Shown here piece by piece: positions 24,201 through 38,075 of a stretch of DNA of 64,000 nt (within the stretch, counting starts at the first letter, position 1; each line of letters begins with the position of its first letter). Source of the stretch: Geosiphon pyriformis uo1 (lineage: Eukaryota; Fungi; Glomeromycota); assembly GCA_016748015.1 (NCBI GenBank), contig JAAOMT010000572.1, positions 1 to 64,000 on the forward strand, in the 5' to 3' direction. Position numbers and translations under genes: made by a program. The notes under the pieces were generated by a model. That model saw only the letters and a program-made list of their open reading frames with translations. It did no database searches and had not been told where the DNA came from.

Positions 24201-26730
24201 TCTCATTTCAACCAGCACCAAACAAATACTCAAATCAAGTCTTATATCTTAGTCTTACTGAAAACCAGAATTTTTTTAGTTCTATATCATTAAAAGGGAA
24301 GAATATAAGAGAAATGTCCAATATTTCGAATTGAAATCAAACCAACAATACTATTCTACCTGCCACTATCACTGAAAATACTACCTTTGCTGCTATCTTT
24401 TCCTTTGACATTGACAATCTGAACACCAATAGCCTTTTTAGTAGAGCCACTAGTAATCAGGATAAACCAATAACTGCTTTGTATATCAACACTAAAGTTG
24501 AAAACATAAACATCAAATTGATTCTTGATAGCAAATCAGTAGGTAATATAATCACAAAACAACTTATGGATCAACTAGATCAATAAGTAGACTATACAGC
24601 TACTGTCTGAATTATAACTACAGACAGAAATACTAAAACCCTGATAGAAAAAATTGACAACTTCTTCTTCAAAATCAATAAAATTTAAATCTCCACCAAA
24701 GTGCTCTTTATAGAGGCCATTTAATATTAAGGCCTTGTAAAAAACAATTGGTTAGCCAAAGCTAATGCTACTATTAACTAAAATACACAGAAACTACAGA
24801 TCACTTTTAATGGACAGCATGTACAAGTTCTAGTTACATGTAGACACTTCAAAGCTCAAAGTCCAGAAAAACCACTGATTGAATTTGAAGACTCAATACC
24901 ATTACCAACAATAAAGGCCTATTAAGTTTTTTGGGCTGACAATTATCAAGCAAAGTTATTTCTACTACCAATTTAAGAAAAAAAGGGCAAAAGAAAAGCA
25001 GAAAAAGAACTATAATTAGCACCTGCAGGCTATCCTGTCCCAAGTCAAGGAAGTTAATAGTATTGAACTTTAAAATTAATTTGTGTTGACTGTGAGAAAA
25101 AGTTATCTTCTATGAGCACATGTATTGGAGACAATGAGGAATGGCCAACCATCACCAAACATTATTGCAGACCTTGTGTGTTGGAAAAATTTGGCAGACC
25201 AAAATGACAAGGTAAATGGGACAATATATCATGTTTTGTCTGTGATAAAATTCTGCCAGATAAAAAACTATGGAGCAATGTTCCCAGCAAAAGAGAAACA
25301 TGTGACAAAGCATGTTAATACATTATCTTAATCAATGATTGAGTATAAAAAAAAACTCCAATTAAGGATGTTTAGAGATAAGCACTCAGTAAATTAGATG
25401 GTTACCCACACAATAAACACAAAATATGAAAAATAACAAATGCCAAAGCTGAAAATGTTACACTCAGTAAAATACAAGAGATCAAAAAAAATCCATTTAC
25501 ATTAGAATATGATAGACCTGACTACATCACAGAAAATTTCTTCATGGATAATTCAGACACATTTCAAGATTGATACCAAGAATTGGTTTTGACTTGAAAA
25601 GAGCAAGAACAGTAGTTAGCTAATCTAAACACAAAACTATGCAATCATTGTTTAATCTCTTATCACTTTCAGTACTGTGACGAATATAATCTTATGTTCA
25701 ACTTGCTTCCAAAAAAACTATATCTAATTACCAAACTACCTGAGCCCAAGATAAAAGAGGAATTAATTACTGAGAACATGTTGTTTTAAGATCCAACTGA
25801 AGATACTAAAACAGAACAATATCTCATTTATCCAGATCTTTCCAAAAAATTAGAATTAAAATAGTATAGTAACAACAAAAAAAGAATTTGTCCTAAAAGA
25901 GCACATAACACTGATGCTAGTTTTGATTTACAATACTCTAAACAATTATCCATAATTATAGTCTCACATTTCCTTGTAACAATAGATCTTAAAATAGCAT
26001 TAAAAATTCTTGTTAATACAATAGTACAAGTTGTCTCTCAATCTAATCTAGCCAAAAAAGAAATTGACATAAAAAAAAGAATTATTGATGCTGGTTATAC
26101 GAGAAACATTATTATAATGCTACAAAACAATTTGGACAAACCCTACAAAATAGAATCACAAGAAAAGATTGCCCAAGCTATCTTTTTACTTTTAGTCAAA
26201 ATACCACAATTAATCCTGGTAACAACCCAAGAAGAATTAGATCTCACTGTTTAAAGAATCAATAAATTTGGATTAAGTGGAAGAGAAAACATACCAATCA
26301 ACTTTATGGAGGAAAACAGTGACCAGATAGAACTTATTTACACTAATTCAGTTATCTCCATCCCTTTATACCAATAATACATCCTCAAGTTAAATCAAAA
26401 GATCCAAAATTAAGTCCTGTTATTTGAAGCCAATTTTGAAATCTGTTCCTTAGCTGATGTTGCTAACTTATATCTACTGGCCAAAGCTTATAAACACTTC
26501 AAAATCTCCATCTACAACCACACAGAAGATGTTATTAAAATCTCTAAAAAGACTTTTGTTGATTTCATCTTACTGAACATTTAACATCCCAAAAAACTCC
26601 AGTCTATTCCAGATTTTGCACAGCTATTTTTATTTTGCAATATTACCTCACAAGTATGAAACTTGCCAAAAGAAAGTTACCTGTTCATGTCAAAAAAAAT
26701 CAACAAACTACACTTAGAAAACTTGAATAC
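21275..26730 (+). mobile_element. Gypsy element F (sister family of E): 5' LTR 21275-22258, PBS, gag, PR, Cys-rich region, dUTPase; truncated before RT
   Basis: TGTTACC...TATAACA LTR, then TTTGGTGCTTTTTGTGAG; gag KLEKFSEEEDNA, CYYCQK..H; PR ILDSK; colinear with E. Confidence 0.92.
25890..26281 (+). pseudogene. dUTPase domain inside element F Pol
   Basis: AHNTDASFDL, QSNL, IIDAGYTRNI, EKIAQAIF, KFGLSG. Confidence 0.88.
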
Positions 26731-29700
26731 TTTCCAAATATCTGTGAGCTTTGCTCTTCTTAGTAATAGAAATCAGCTGACCACTTATACTTAAAGAAGC
26801 AAACCTAACACCCTGATTAATTGGTATAGCCACTGTTTTTTCATTGTTTATAGAGATGTTGTTGATAGAAAAGAAATCACTAACAATATTCAAAGCATAC
26901 TGCATGGAAGATTGGCAATCTTCAACCCAAATCGTATTATCCACAAAAGCACCAGCAGCAAAAAATGAAGACATCCCACTACTATTCTTAATCCTGCCAG
27001 TTTTTGCCACAAACTTTATATCAATACAATATCCACACAAATGTTCATGTCTTTTAATCTTACACAAGAGTGGGTCATAGAAGATATGCCAAAGAAAAGA
27101 CAAAAAGACCTTATCCTAATCAAGGCCATCATGTACCCTGTAACTATTTGAGAGACCAAAATCAGTCATCACCCTATTAACCCTGTCCTCATGAATCCCA
27201 CCAAAAAATTCAACAAATCTGTCACACATTTTGATACGATGCAGGCTAGCTCTCAAATAGTGCCAACCAATAAAATCATATGCCTTGCACATATCCTGCA
27301 ACACCAACCAAAGTTCTTTATTTTTTTCGAGAGCATTCTTCACCACCAATCCAACAGCAAACACAGGAAATTGAGTAGAAGTACCCTTCAGCACTGAGAA
27401 ATTGTCACCACAGAGAATGTTAAACTTGCTGCACACAAACAAAATCCTGTCCAAAAGAATCTTGGAAAGAATCTTTCTGGCCGTTTCAATCAAAACAATA
27501 GGGCAAGTATTTGTTAGAACCCCATCCCAATCATAAGATTTCAGAATCATTGAAACCCAGGCTCTCTTCCACAAAGCAAGCACAGAACCAACAGACAGAC
27601 ACACATTTAACAACACCAAGAAGCATTCCATCACCTTCTCACCACTATGCTTCCAAAATTCATTAATGATGTCAAACAACCCAGCAGCTTTACCATTAGG
27701 CAGACCACCAATGACCAGGAGCAATTCACTTAAACTAATAGCATCCATAACACCAGAAAAAGCGTCATCCTTGACATAAACCAAAGGGGCATATTGATGG
27801 GCCCAAAGATCAGGCAGCACTAAAGACACCATCTGCTTTCTCATCCAACTCTCTATAATCCTGTCAATTTTCAACTTCACCTCCTTAGGCTTCAAAACAA
27901 GCTTATTATCAACCACTAAATGATCCAACACTACCTTCCAAAATGGCCGACCTAAAACACTCCTGATCATGCTGTCCTTGTCAGAGCAAAACTTTTCCAT
28001 GCACTTCTCAATAGTCTCTCTGATAGCAGTTTCCTGTACCAATTTTGATTTATACATCTTGGATTTCCTGTACTCTCTTCTAACAACCAATAAGAACTTA
28101 AGAATATCAGCCCTTCCCCAACCAGAATCAACCATGTTCACCAATACAAGAGCCTTATCAGCATCCAATATAGACCATTTCTTCATCAGATGGTCAAAAT
28201 CAGAGGTATTAGCCAAGCCAAATTTTTTGACAATTTTGACAATCAGCAACTCCAAACCCAGAAATTTAGAAGATTGTTTATTTTTTGAACAATGAAATTC
28301 ACTAAACCAGTGCCAGGAAAATGTTACATCTGCAGAATTTACCAAAACCTTTTCCAACAGAGACCACATAACATCCAAATTATGATTAGCAGCAGCATGA
28401 AAACTATTCATAACATCTAAAACTGCAGCAAAAGAGCAGTCTCTGAAATGAGATCATTTAGCTTCATCCACATCCTTGATATTAAACTTCCAATGATCTT
28501 TGTTAGCATGCTTGTACAAACTATTCAAATAAACATCCAAAAGCCCACCCAATCCAACTGAAACCATAACAGTACTGTGATTAGTGTCAAAGAAGCCCAA
28601 GACAGAGCTCACCCCATGGCTAGCAACAGCAAAAGCTAAATTCTCATTAACAAAAATGAAATCAATAGTTTTCTCAATTCCTCTAAAATTACTCCATGTA
28701 GGAGCCCCAACTAAAGAATAACCAGCAAATGAATTGACCAAATCCAAACTTAAGCAGAACTTGAAGCCTGCACTCCTCCCAGATCCATTTTCATTGAAGT
28801 CCTCATCCAGAATAACAAAAGTGCTAGAGTTAGCAGCCTTAACAATAAGAGAGTTAACCTCAGAAGCCTGACCAAAACAGACACTGGGAGAGGCACCAGC
28901 ATACAAACCAACAACAGAAACTGAAAACTTGTTTTTGAACAAAAGCTGCACCACAACAATCTAGCCAGGCATCTCTTTAACTTTAGAAACATAGTGAGCC
29001 AAAGAATTGTTCATGATAATGGCAACACCAGTGCCAAAAAAACCAACCTCCAAACCAGAAGTGAAGATACAACCACCATCATATTCATCTTTGATCCATG
29101 GACCAATAGAAGACCTCAACTTAGTCTCAGTAATAAAAGACACTATATTCCCAGAACTCATATGTCAGCAAACAATGCCTGCTTGTTTCACAGAAATATT
29201 GATATTCCGAATGTTGCACATAGCAAATTTCCAAACCAACTCAATTATTGAGAGGGAGAAAGTACAACTGAACCCAAACCAGAACACAAAAGATCCAATT
29301 TTGCCAACACAGAACCAACTGACACTTTCAAAGCTGACAACTTAGATTCCAAACCACTGACCTTGGAGGTCAGAATCTTTGAACTATTTAGGCCAAGCTC
29401 AGCAATAGTATCATCAGAAACCAGATTAGAAGAGTCAAAAGAGGGCAACAGAGTATCCACAGCCATATTCAAACCAGAAATTGGAACATCAAATACAGAA
29501 ACCTCCAATGGAAAGACATGAGAGGGGGCTGCCAATAGTACCAACTCAACACCACTCAATCTTTTCAGAATGTCAGAGACTTGATTAGCCAAAAGCTTCA
29601 AGGAGCATTCCAATACTGCCAAACAGTCATTTAGACCAGAAACATTATGAGAAAAAGAATCAACTGAGAGGACCTTTGCACCAGAGGATGCATCAGCACC

Positions 29701-31351
29701 ATGAAGACCTAAAGACACCACACGAGAGGAAAAGCCACCAGCAATTTGCCACCAAAAAAAACCAGATGAGCAACAGGAGCCAATTTCTTCTTATAAATTC
29801 CAGCCAGATGAACATGATCCTGATCAGTTACCACTCACCTCTTATGACTGCCAGAATTCTCACCCACTGAACAATCACCACCAACATGACCAAAATGCTT
29901 GCAAATTACACAACAAGCCAAGGAAAGACTAGCCCAGCACAAATTCACACTTCTAAAAACTGGAACTGAACTAGTCACAGCCAACTTGGCTGCCTTATTT
30001 TCAAAACAAACAATTGCACACCTATTACAAACATATGAATTTGGATTGTGACTAATGAAACACATCTTTCCATTATAAAACATTAGCAAATCAGAAAAGT
30101 TATGAGCTGTGGTTCCCATAGGCAGTGTATAAAGCAAGACTCAATGCTGATCTCTTGATATCCACGTTTGTTTATTTTTAACAGCCAATGCCACACAAAC
30201 TGAATCCTTACCCATAGGAACAGACCACATAGACACAACCGAACTAGCTATTTCTGATAAATCAAACTCCATTAAAGCTTTTTGCCACAAACCAATAAGC
30301 TGCATTTTGATTGAAATAATCTTTTCAAATTTGGAAAAAACTGATTCCACAGCTGATTTCAGAAGATCAACCAGAATCTTCTTGATGATTATCTTCCGAT
30401 TCGAATGAATATTTGCTTTTCTCAGATTATTATTAACTAAAATCTTCTCACTAACAGCCAATTCTCTAACCTTATTCAAACTGATTTCAGAAGTAAAAAA
30501 AGATCTGATGATTCCAGGAAACTTTGAGAGAGTAGAGGCTCCCTCAAAACCATCCACTCGAAAAAAAAAATTTTTAATTGAAATCAGCTTATCACTATTA
30601 GTCTTTCCAGGCATATTTAATAACTCTACATCCAAGATAAACGATTTAACTAGTTCAAAGACATGACATTCCAAAACACATGAAATCACAGGCAGCAGCT
30701 GATTGGATCCAGCAAATTTAGCTCTAGGAAGCACCAATTCAGTATTGTTGTCACTTATGCTTGCGAAGGAAATCACTTTTGGCAGCTGTTCCAAAATGAA
30801 GGTTCTTGTTTGCGTTTTCCTAGGAATCACATTGTCTTCTATTTCATCAGTCTCAGAAGTGTTGAGATCCATATAACTTGTCTCCTTAGCAACCGTGCTT
30901 TTCAAATTCTCGGCATCCGACACTTTACTAGCACCCACTTCTTTATTATCCATCTCATTTCTCCAAAATCTCTGCAGTCCAACACCATTACCATGTAGCA
31001 TATCCACCAAGAGCAGGCCATCCGACGAGTTCACAATGCCACCAGAGACACTAGGCAACTTCATTTTTTTATATAAAGGACCATACAAGTATACACTCTC
31101 AATGCACACTTTAATTTTTTTGCTGCCAGACTGGAACCCCAACTCAGCCAAATTTGAACTCAAAACACCAGCAGAAGAGCCTACTGGATCTATAGACACA
31201 AATAGAAGTACATTTGAAGAAATAACGAAAGAGACAAAGGGAAAAAAGAATAAGGAAGACTATCTCTTTAACAACTCCAAGCTCTCATTGTGGTCAGAGG
31301 ATCAACAAAAAAAAGAGTTTTTTTTTAGCAACTTTTATTTCCAGCCTAATT
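26731..31351 (-). mobile_element. LINE with 5' end intact and 3' half missing: ORF1 (31199-29245) and ORF2 APE plus most of RT
   Basis: ORF1 two RRM-like blocks and CVICKHFGHVGGDC; ORF2 CNIRNI, TETKL, DFN, IDFIF, DTNH; RT QDMCKAYD, AFVDN(D)TIW. Confidence 0.93.
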
Positions 31352-32870
31352 AGTCCATAAATTGTTGTATAATAATATTGTTTATTGAATTACTATTAAG
31401 GATTAGTTTAATAAGATAGTCTAATTAAATTAAATTATTATTTATAATATTTAAAAACAATAAATACATAGTTATTAATATAAATTATCTTATTAAATAG
31501 CCAAAAATTAAAACAATTTAAAAAATTAATGTTAAATTAATAATTAAATTTGTTTATTACAACTTAATATATTAATATAAATATTTAAAAAAATTGTTAT
31601 TAAACTAAAAAACTTACTTTATAAACAGAATATTAGTTATATTAAATTAAAAATTTGAAGTAAAAAAACAATTATTATTATTATTTTTATAAATAAATAG
31701 CTTAATTAAAAGATTTAATAAAATATTATATAAAATATTAATTAAAATTAGCCAAAAAAATCAAAATAAATATATTATTAGTATTATTTCTTTATTAAAA
31801 AATAAAACAAAATACAATATAAATAATACTATTTGAATTAATATATAATAAAATAGTTATATTACTAATTAAAATAAAAGCAACAACATATTTAATTAAA
31901 TTAATAATAAAAGTTATATTTTAAAAAATATTATTAAGATAATTATATAATTTAATAAAAACAAAAAAAATAGCTATTAATATTAAAAAAAACAAAATAT
32001 TATTTATTATATTAATACTAAAAAACAATAAAATAAAAAATTTAATTTAAAATAAAATAGTTTATTCTATATTAAAAAAATACTTGAAAATAAAACATAT
32101 AAATTATAATTAAAAACAAAGTTTTAATTAAAATAATACATAATAATTAATTAAAATAGTATTATATTAAATTATTATTATTATTCAGTATATTACAATT
32201 AAAAACACAAAAAATATTAGTTAAATTAAATAAAATTTCATAAGATTTAAAACTAATTATTATAATTAAAATTAGTATATTACAAAATTAAAAAGAGTAT
32301 ATAAATATTATTAAAATATAATAAAACAATTAATAAAATAAAAATTGCTTAATAATTATTTTAATTATTAAAAAATAAAAAGTTAAACATAAAAATAGTA
32401 ATTAAAAACCAAAAAATATATTATAAGAACACTAAAAAAAATCTAAAATAAATTTGACCAAATAATTATATAAAAAAATTGTTAAAAAAGTAAAAAAAAC
32501 TTTTAAAAACTTATTAACAATATTTTAACTTAAAAAATTGACAAAAAACAATTATAAAAGTAAAAAAAAAAATTTAATAATTTATTATTATTATTCAATA
32601 ATTAAATATTTAAATTTTATATATTAATTAATTTAAAAAAGTATTTAATAAAACAAATAAAACATTTTATTATGTTTAATAGTAAACCAAATTGAAAAGC
32701 TAATCAATTTGTAGTTTAAAAAACCGAAAATAAAAAAATAAATAATTAAACTTATTTAAAAAAAATCTATTAAAACTTAATATTAAAAAAAAACAATATT
32801 ATTTATAGAATAATACAAAAAATAAATAATAAAAAAATATAACATAAATTAATTAAAAATTATTAAAACA
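31352..32870 (+). mobile_element. 'Ghost' Gypsy integrase/ORF3 region eroded to ~90% AT
   Basis: 31499-31570 and 31700-31800 align to element E IN (WPETKAIQRANAEFIAKFVY; RFNRILCEAITKISQKNQN) with G/C replaced by A/T. Confidence 0.75.
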
Positions 32871-33398
32871 TATAATACCAAAAAAAAATTTAATAATTGC
32901 CAAAATTTTAAAAATAGCAGCAAAAATACCAAGAATTTTAACAATAATTTAAGAAAAAAATAAAAATTATTAAAGATTTTAGAAATTTTAGAAATTTTAT
33001 ATTACAAAAATTTATGTATATAAAATAGTAGTATTAAAAACAAAAATCAAGTTTATTAAATTTTTATTAAGTAATTTCAACAGTTAAAAATTTAATACTT
33101 AAAATAAACACTTTTTTAATAAATTTATAATCTAAAATATTTATTATTAAAAATTTTATAAATTTTTATTTATTTTATTAAAAGCTATTTATATTTAACA
33201 AAAACAATTAACATTAACTTAACACAACTAACAATATTAAAACAATAGTTTTTAATCATTATTTTTATTTATTTAATACATTTAATGAGTGTAGCCCAAT
33301 TACTATCTAGTATATAGAACCAAACTAAGAGGCTCAAACTAAACGTGACTCATGCACTTTCTACATGTGGCTAGCCACTCAGACCAGACAAGGCAACA

Positions 33399-36300
33399 CT
33401 ACACACCTATAATAATCTGTATACTGCCACCCAGACCAGAAAAGAAACAATAAGGCTTCTGACAACCAAAGCTAATAGCAAAAAAATTGGCCATACCAAG
33501 CAATCTTATAACACCATCAGACAAAACTGAAGACACACTATGAGAGAGCCCAGAAACAACACCACCATCACAAACTAGACCAGCCTTCTCTATCACCACC
33601 CAGTGGCTGGCCCTAGCCAACCACACTTTAGCACGATATAACTCAACCATGAACCTGACATAATCAACAATCTGAGTAGCTGCCACCTTCCTATCCTCAA
33701 AAATACTGCAAGCTTCCTTATACCACTCTCCCAACACAAACCCTTTGCAAACCAAAGTATACAACCCAACATGAATGGAACATTGAGACAAAACTCGCAA
33801 TACAGCAGAAGCAGGGGAACCGCCAGCCAAAGCTGACCAATGGGCAGAAGCCTCAGCCAAAATCTCGTCACAAATGCCAGACTCATGAACACAAGTAAAA
33901 GTGTGGTCAGAAAACTCCATCCCACCACAAAACAAACATAATACACTAGGGTAGTGCTTATTATACAACCTTTTCCTTACCACCACTGGCAATTTTTTGT
34001 GCACAGCCTTTATAATATAAGTGCAAAGCATTGAGGATATCCGGCTAGTGAACCCAGTAAGCATATGAGAATCAGGATGCCACACCTTTGCCGTGACAAC
34101 CCAGTTTATGCAACTAATCATCGCATCTGGAACCACATCACAACCAGGCTCAGCTTTTCAACGAGCACAACAAACAGACCGAAAAATATTCTTGACAAAA
34201 TGATGGGCATTACCAGAAACAGCAACACCTTCAGCAACCAAAAAATGTTCACACACATTGGCACAAAGGGAAAAAAAAGATCCAGAGGCAGCCCCAGCAC
34301 CCAAGTCAGCTTCCACATTACTAGGAATTTCAGAGTGGTCTTTTACCTTAACCCAACTCACACTAAGATCCCTATCCCTGACCAAATTGAAAATATGATG
34401 CCTCTCCAGCCAGCATTGATTACGGAAATCAGGGGTGACCAAAGACATTTCAGATACACATGCGTCAATAGCAGTTTGGCTGTTAAGACGTAACACCACA
34501 GTACTTGAAGAAGAAACACACTCTAAAGCCAAAGCAACAGCCTGCAATTCAGCTATAGTAGATGACAAAAAGCCACTAACAGCGACACTAATGCTCTTAT
34601 TCAAGACTGGAAAGTATGCAGCAGCACCACAAGTAACCTCAGCAGAGTCTGCATTCCTCAAAAACCCATCTGTAAAAACTTCAAAAAAGCCTGACCAGAT
34701 GTTATGCAATTCATCTTTTACTGCAGAAAATTCCCCAGACTCCAAAATGTCCAAACCAAGCTTTTCTGCAGAGCCAATAGAACCAGAAAATGAACAACTC
34801 TGACTTTTCAAAAACTCAAAAGAAACCAAAAACCAATAAGGCACAGGGCCACGTGGATCTAATCTTTTCCAACGACAAAAAGTTTTTCAATCTAACAAAA
34901 CACCTTTCTTATCAAAAAGCCGATCACCAAAAGTGACACCAAAGTGTCTAAGAGATTTGACCAAGTCAAAATACAGAGACTTTCCAAGAATAGAGAACAA
35001 CAAAAAATGACCAGGACTACGAAACGCAGTGGGGAGGTTGTTCATCAAAGAAAGCTTATTGCTTAACAAAATCTTCACCATCCCAGCCAAAAAATTGTTC
35101 ACTGAACTAATATGTAACCTGACTGGAAACTGCAAAGGATTCAAAAGAGCTCAACCAAGAATCTGTAGATCCAAAAACCTATGTCTAAACAAACGCCCAA
35201 GAATACCAAAGACATTAGAAAACATTATCAGAGCAGCAACCTTCCCCTTCAACTGCACCTGCTCAAAAAACTTCAGGCCATATAATAAGGGATGATGCAA
35301 AGCAGCGTCAGGAAAATTACAGGGGAGACAAGCCTTAGACCTAAGACTTTTTCTAACCAAGACATTCCACTTACAACAAACATTAGAAGGGACAAAACTG
35401 AACTGAATATGATAGCTAACAATAGGCTGCAAAACAGCCAACACCAGATAGAAGAACTGTTTGTCTGTAATAGCTTTCCTAAGCACAACATTGACAAAAA
35501 AACGCACATCCACATAAGCCTTGGCAACACTTGGCTTGGAGAGCTCCTCAGTTGACAGAAAAATACCTTGATACCGATGTGCTTCCCCTTTTTTGGCAAT
35601 AGAAATTGGCTGACCGCAAATGCTCAGTAAAGCAACTTTAACACCCTGATCGATGGGAATAGTTACTGTCTTCTTGATAAAAATATCATTGATCACAAAA
35701 AATTCACTGGCAATGTTCAGAGCATATTGAGTAGAAGTCTGACAATTCCCAACCCAGATCGTATCATCAACAAATGTACTAGTCAAAAAATACGATGTTA
35801 AACCACTACCACTTTCAATTCTGCCAGACTTTGAAACAAACTTAGTATTAATCCAGTACCCACATAATTGTTCGTGCCTTTTAACCTCACACAAAAGTGG
35901 ATCATAAAAAATTCTTCATAGAAGCAGTGAAAAGACCTCACCCTGATCCAGCCCATCATGCATCTTATAACCACCAGACAAACCAAAGTCAGTCATTACC
36001 TTATTAACTCTATCCTTATGAATACCAAAAAACCTTATAAACCTCTTACACATCTTAACATGCCACAAACTAGCCCTTAAATGATGCCACCCAACTGAAT
36101 CATAAGCTTTCTGCATATCTTGCAAGACCAAATATAACTCCTTATTCTTCTTAATGGCATCCTCAATCACCGAACTGACAGCAAACACTGGAAATTGTGT
36201 GGACGTACTCTTTAACACCAAAAAATTGTCACCTTGAAGAATGTTAAACTTGCTATAAGCCATTGAAATATGATCAGACAGAACCTTAGAAAGAATCTTC

Positions 36301-38075
36301 CTGGCAGTCTCAATCAAAGCAATGGGCCAAGTGTTCGTAAGAACTCCATCCCAGTTGTAAGGCTTAGGAATCATTGACACCTAAGCCCTCTTCCACAAAA
36401 CAGGCACCACACCAACAGACAAACACTTATTAAACAGTGCCAACAGGCACCCCAAAACCACCTTACCACCATGTTTCCACAACTCATTAGGAACACCAAA
36501 CAAACCAGCAGCCTTGCCATCAGGCAGACCACCAACAACAGAAAGTAACTTGTCCATACTGATTGCACTCATAACACCTGAAAAAGCATCATTCCGAACA
36601 TGATCCAAAGGCGCATACTGACAAGTCCAAAGATCAGGAAGCTCTGACTGCACAGAGCGTTTCCTTATCCACCCCTCCATTATCTTATCTATGCTCGACT
36701 TCACCTCTTCAGGCAACAAAACCAGATTATCATCAACTATCAAGTGATCCAACACCACCTTGCAAAAAGGCTTTTCCAACACACTCCTGATCATACTACT
36801 CTTATCCAAACAGAAATTATTTATGCACTTCTCAATCGCCTTCCTAACCAAAGCTTTTTCAGCCAATCTTGACTTAAACATCTTCAACCTCCTGTAATCT
36901 CTGCAAACCAATGACAAATGCCTAACAATAACATCAGATTTAACACCTGAGCCAACCAAGTCCTTGAAAGCACGAGCCTTTGCATCATCCAGAGTCGACC
37001 ATTTATTTACAAGATGATTAATACCTAGCAAGTCACCTGAGCAAAATTTCTTGACAATCTTGGCCACTAACAATTCCAGACCAAAAAACCTAGAAGAATG
37101 TTTGTTTCTTGAACACTTAAATTCACTAAACCAATGCTTCGAAAATGTCACATCAGCAGAATCTACCACAGCCTCCACCAAAACTGCCCACATAGCATCT
37201 ATATTACCACGTATTTCAATATCAGAGAACACCTTACCCAAAGACAAGAGTTTTGCCAAAGAGAGATTCTTAAACTTAGCCCATCCAGCACAATCAGCAT
37301 CTTTGATTTTAAACTTCCAATGATCTTTATTCACCTGCTTGTGCAAACTATTCAATTGTACATCCAGAAGCCCACCCAAACCAACTGAAATCACAACTGC
37401 CCTGTGATCGGTGTCAAAAAAATCTGAAACAGAGACAACTTGATGACCAGCAACAGCAGAAGACAAATTACCACCAACAAAAATGTAATCAATCATTTTC
37501 CCAACCCCTCTCGAATTGCTCCATGTATGAGAATTAGCCAAATAATGACCAACGAATGAATTGACCAAACCCAAACTCAAACAAAACTTGAAACTAGCAC
37601 TTTTACCAGATCTATTCTCATTAAAGTCCCCACCCAAGATAACAAAATTGCTGGAGTTAACAGTCTTTGTAATGAGAGAGTTAACTTCAGAAGCCTGACC
37701 AAACCTAGCCCCAGAAAAGACACCAGCATACAACTCCAAAACAGTAACCGAAAGCTTGCCCTTAAACAAGAGCCGAACAGAAACAACCCAACCAGGAATT
37801 TCCTCCACCTTAGATACATGACGAGCCATAGAAATGTTCATAATAATTGCAACTTCAGCACCCATAAAACCTTTATCCAATCCTGAAGAAAAGATTTACA
37901 CCCCATTAAATTTATTCTTTATCCATGGCCCAGAAGAGGACCTCAACTTTGTCTCAGTGATAAAAAAAACCATGTTTCCCAAGTTTACATGCCAACGAAC
38001 AACATCTGCTTGCTTCGCAAGAACATTAATACCCCGAACATTGCACATAGCAAATTTCCAGACCAAACTACTTAT
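33399..38075 (-). pseudogene. LINE ORF2 (APE endonuclease, RT, RNase H, C-terminal Cys/His finger) with several stops
   Basis: CNVRGI, ETKL, GDFN, IDYIF, DTDH; QDMQKAYDSV, GLDQGEVFS, FVDD; RNase H VFTDG, AELQA, WVKVKDHS..NVEAD; CLFCGGMEFSDHTFTC. Confidence 0.95.

Noticed and set aside
1-31351. Alternative genetic code (frequent in-frame TGA/TAA at Trp/Gln positions)
   Set aside because: The stops differ between copies and the PLC gene uses the standard code; explained by transitions.
33340-33400. Hammerhead-like CTGA...GAAA in the LINE 3' UTR
   Set aside because: Lacks the CUGANGA core and the required stem I/III geometry.
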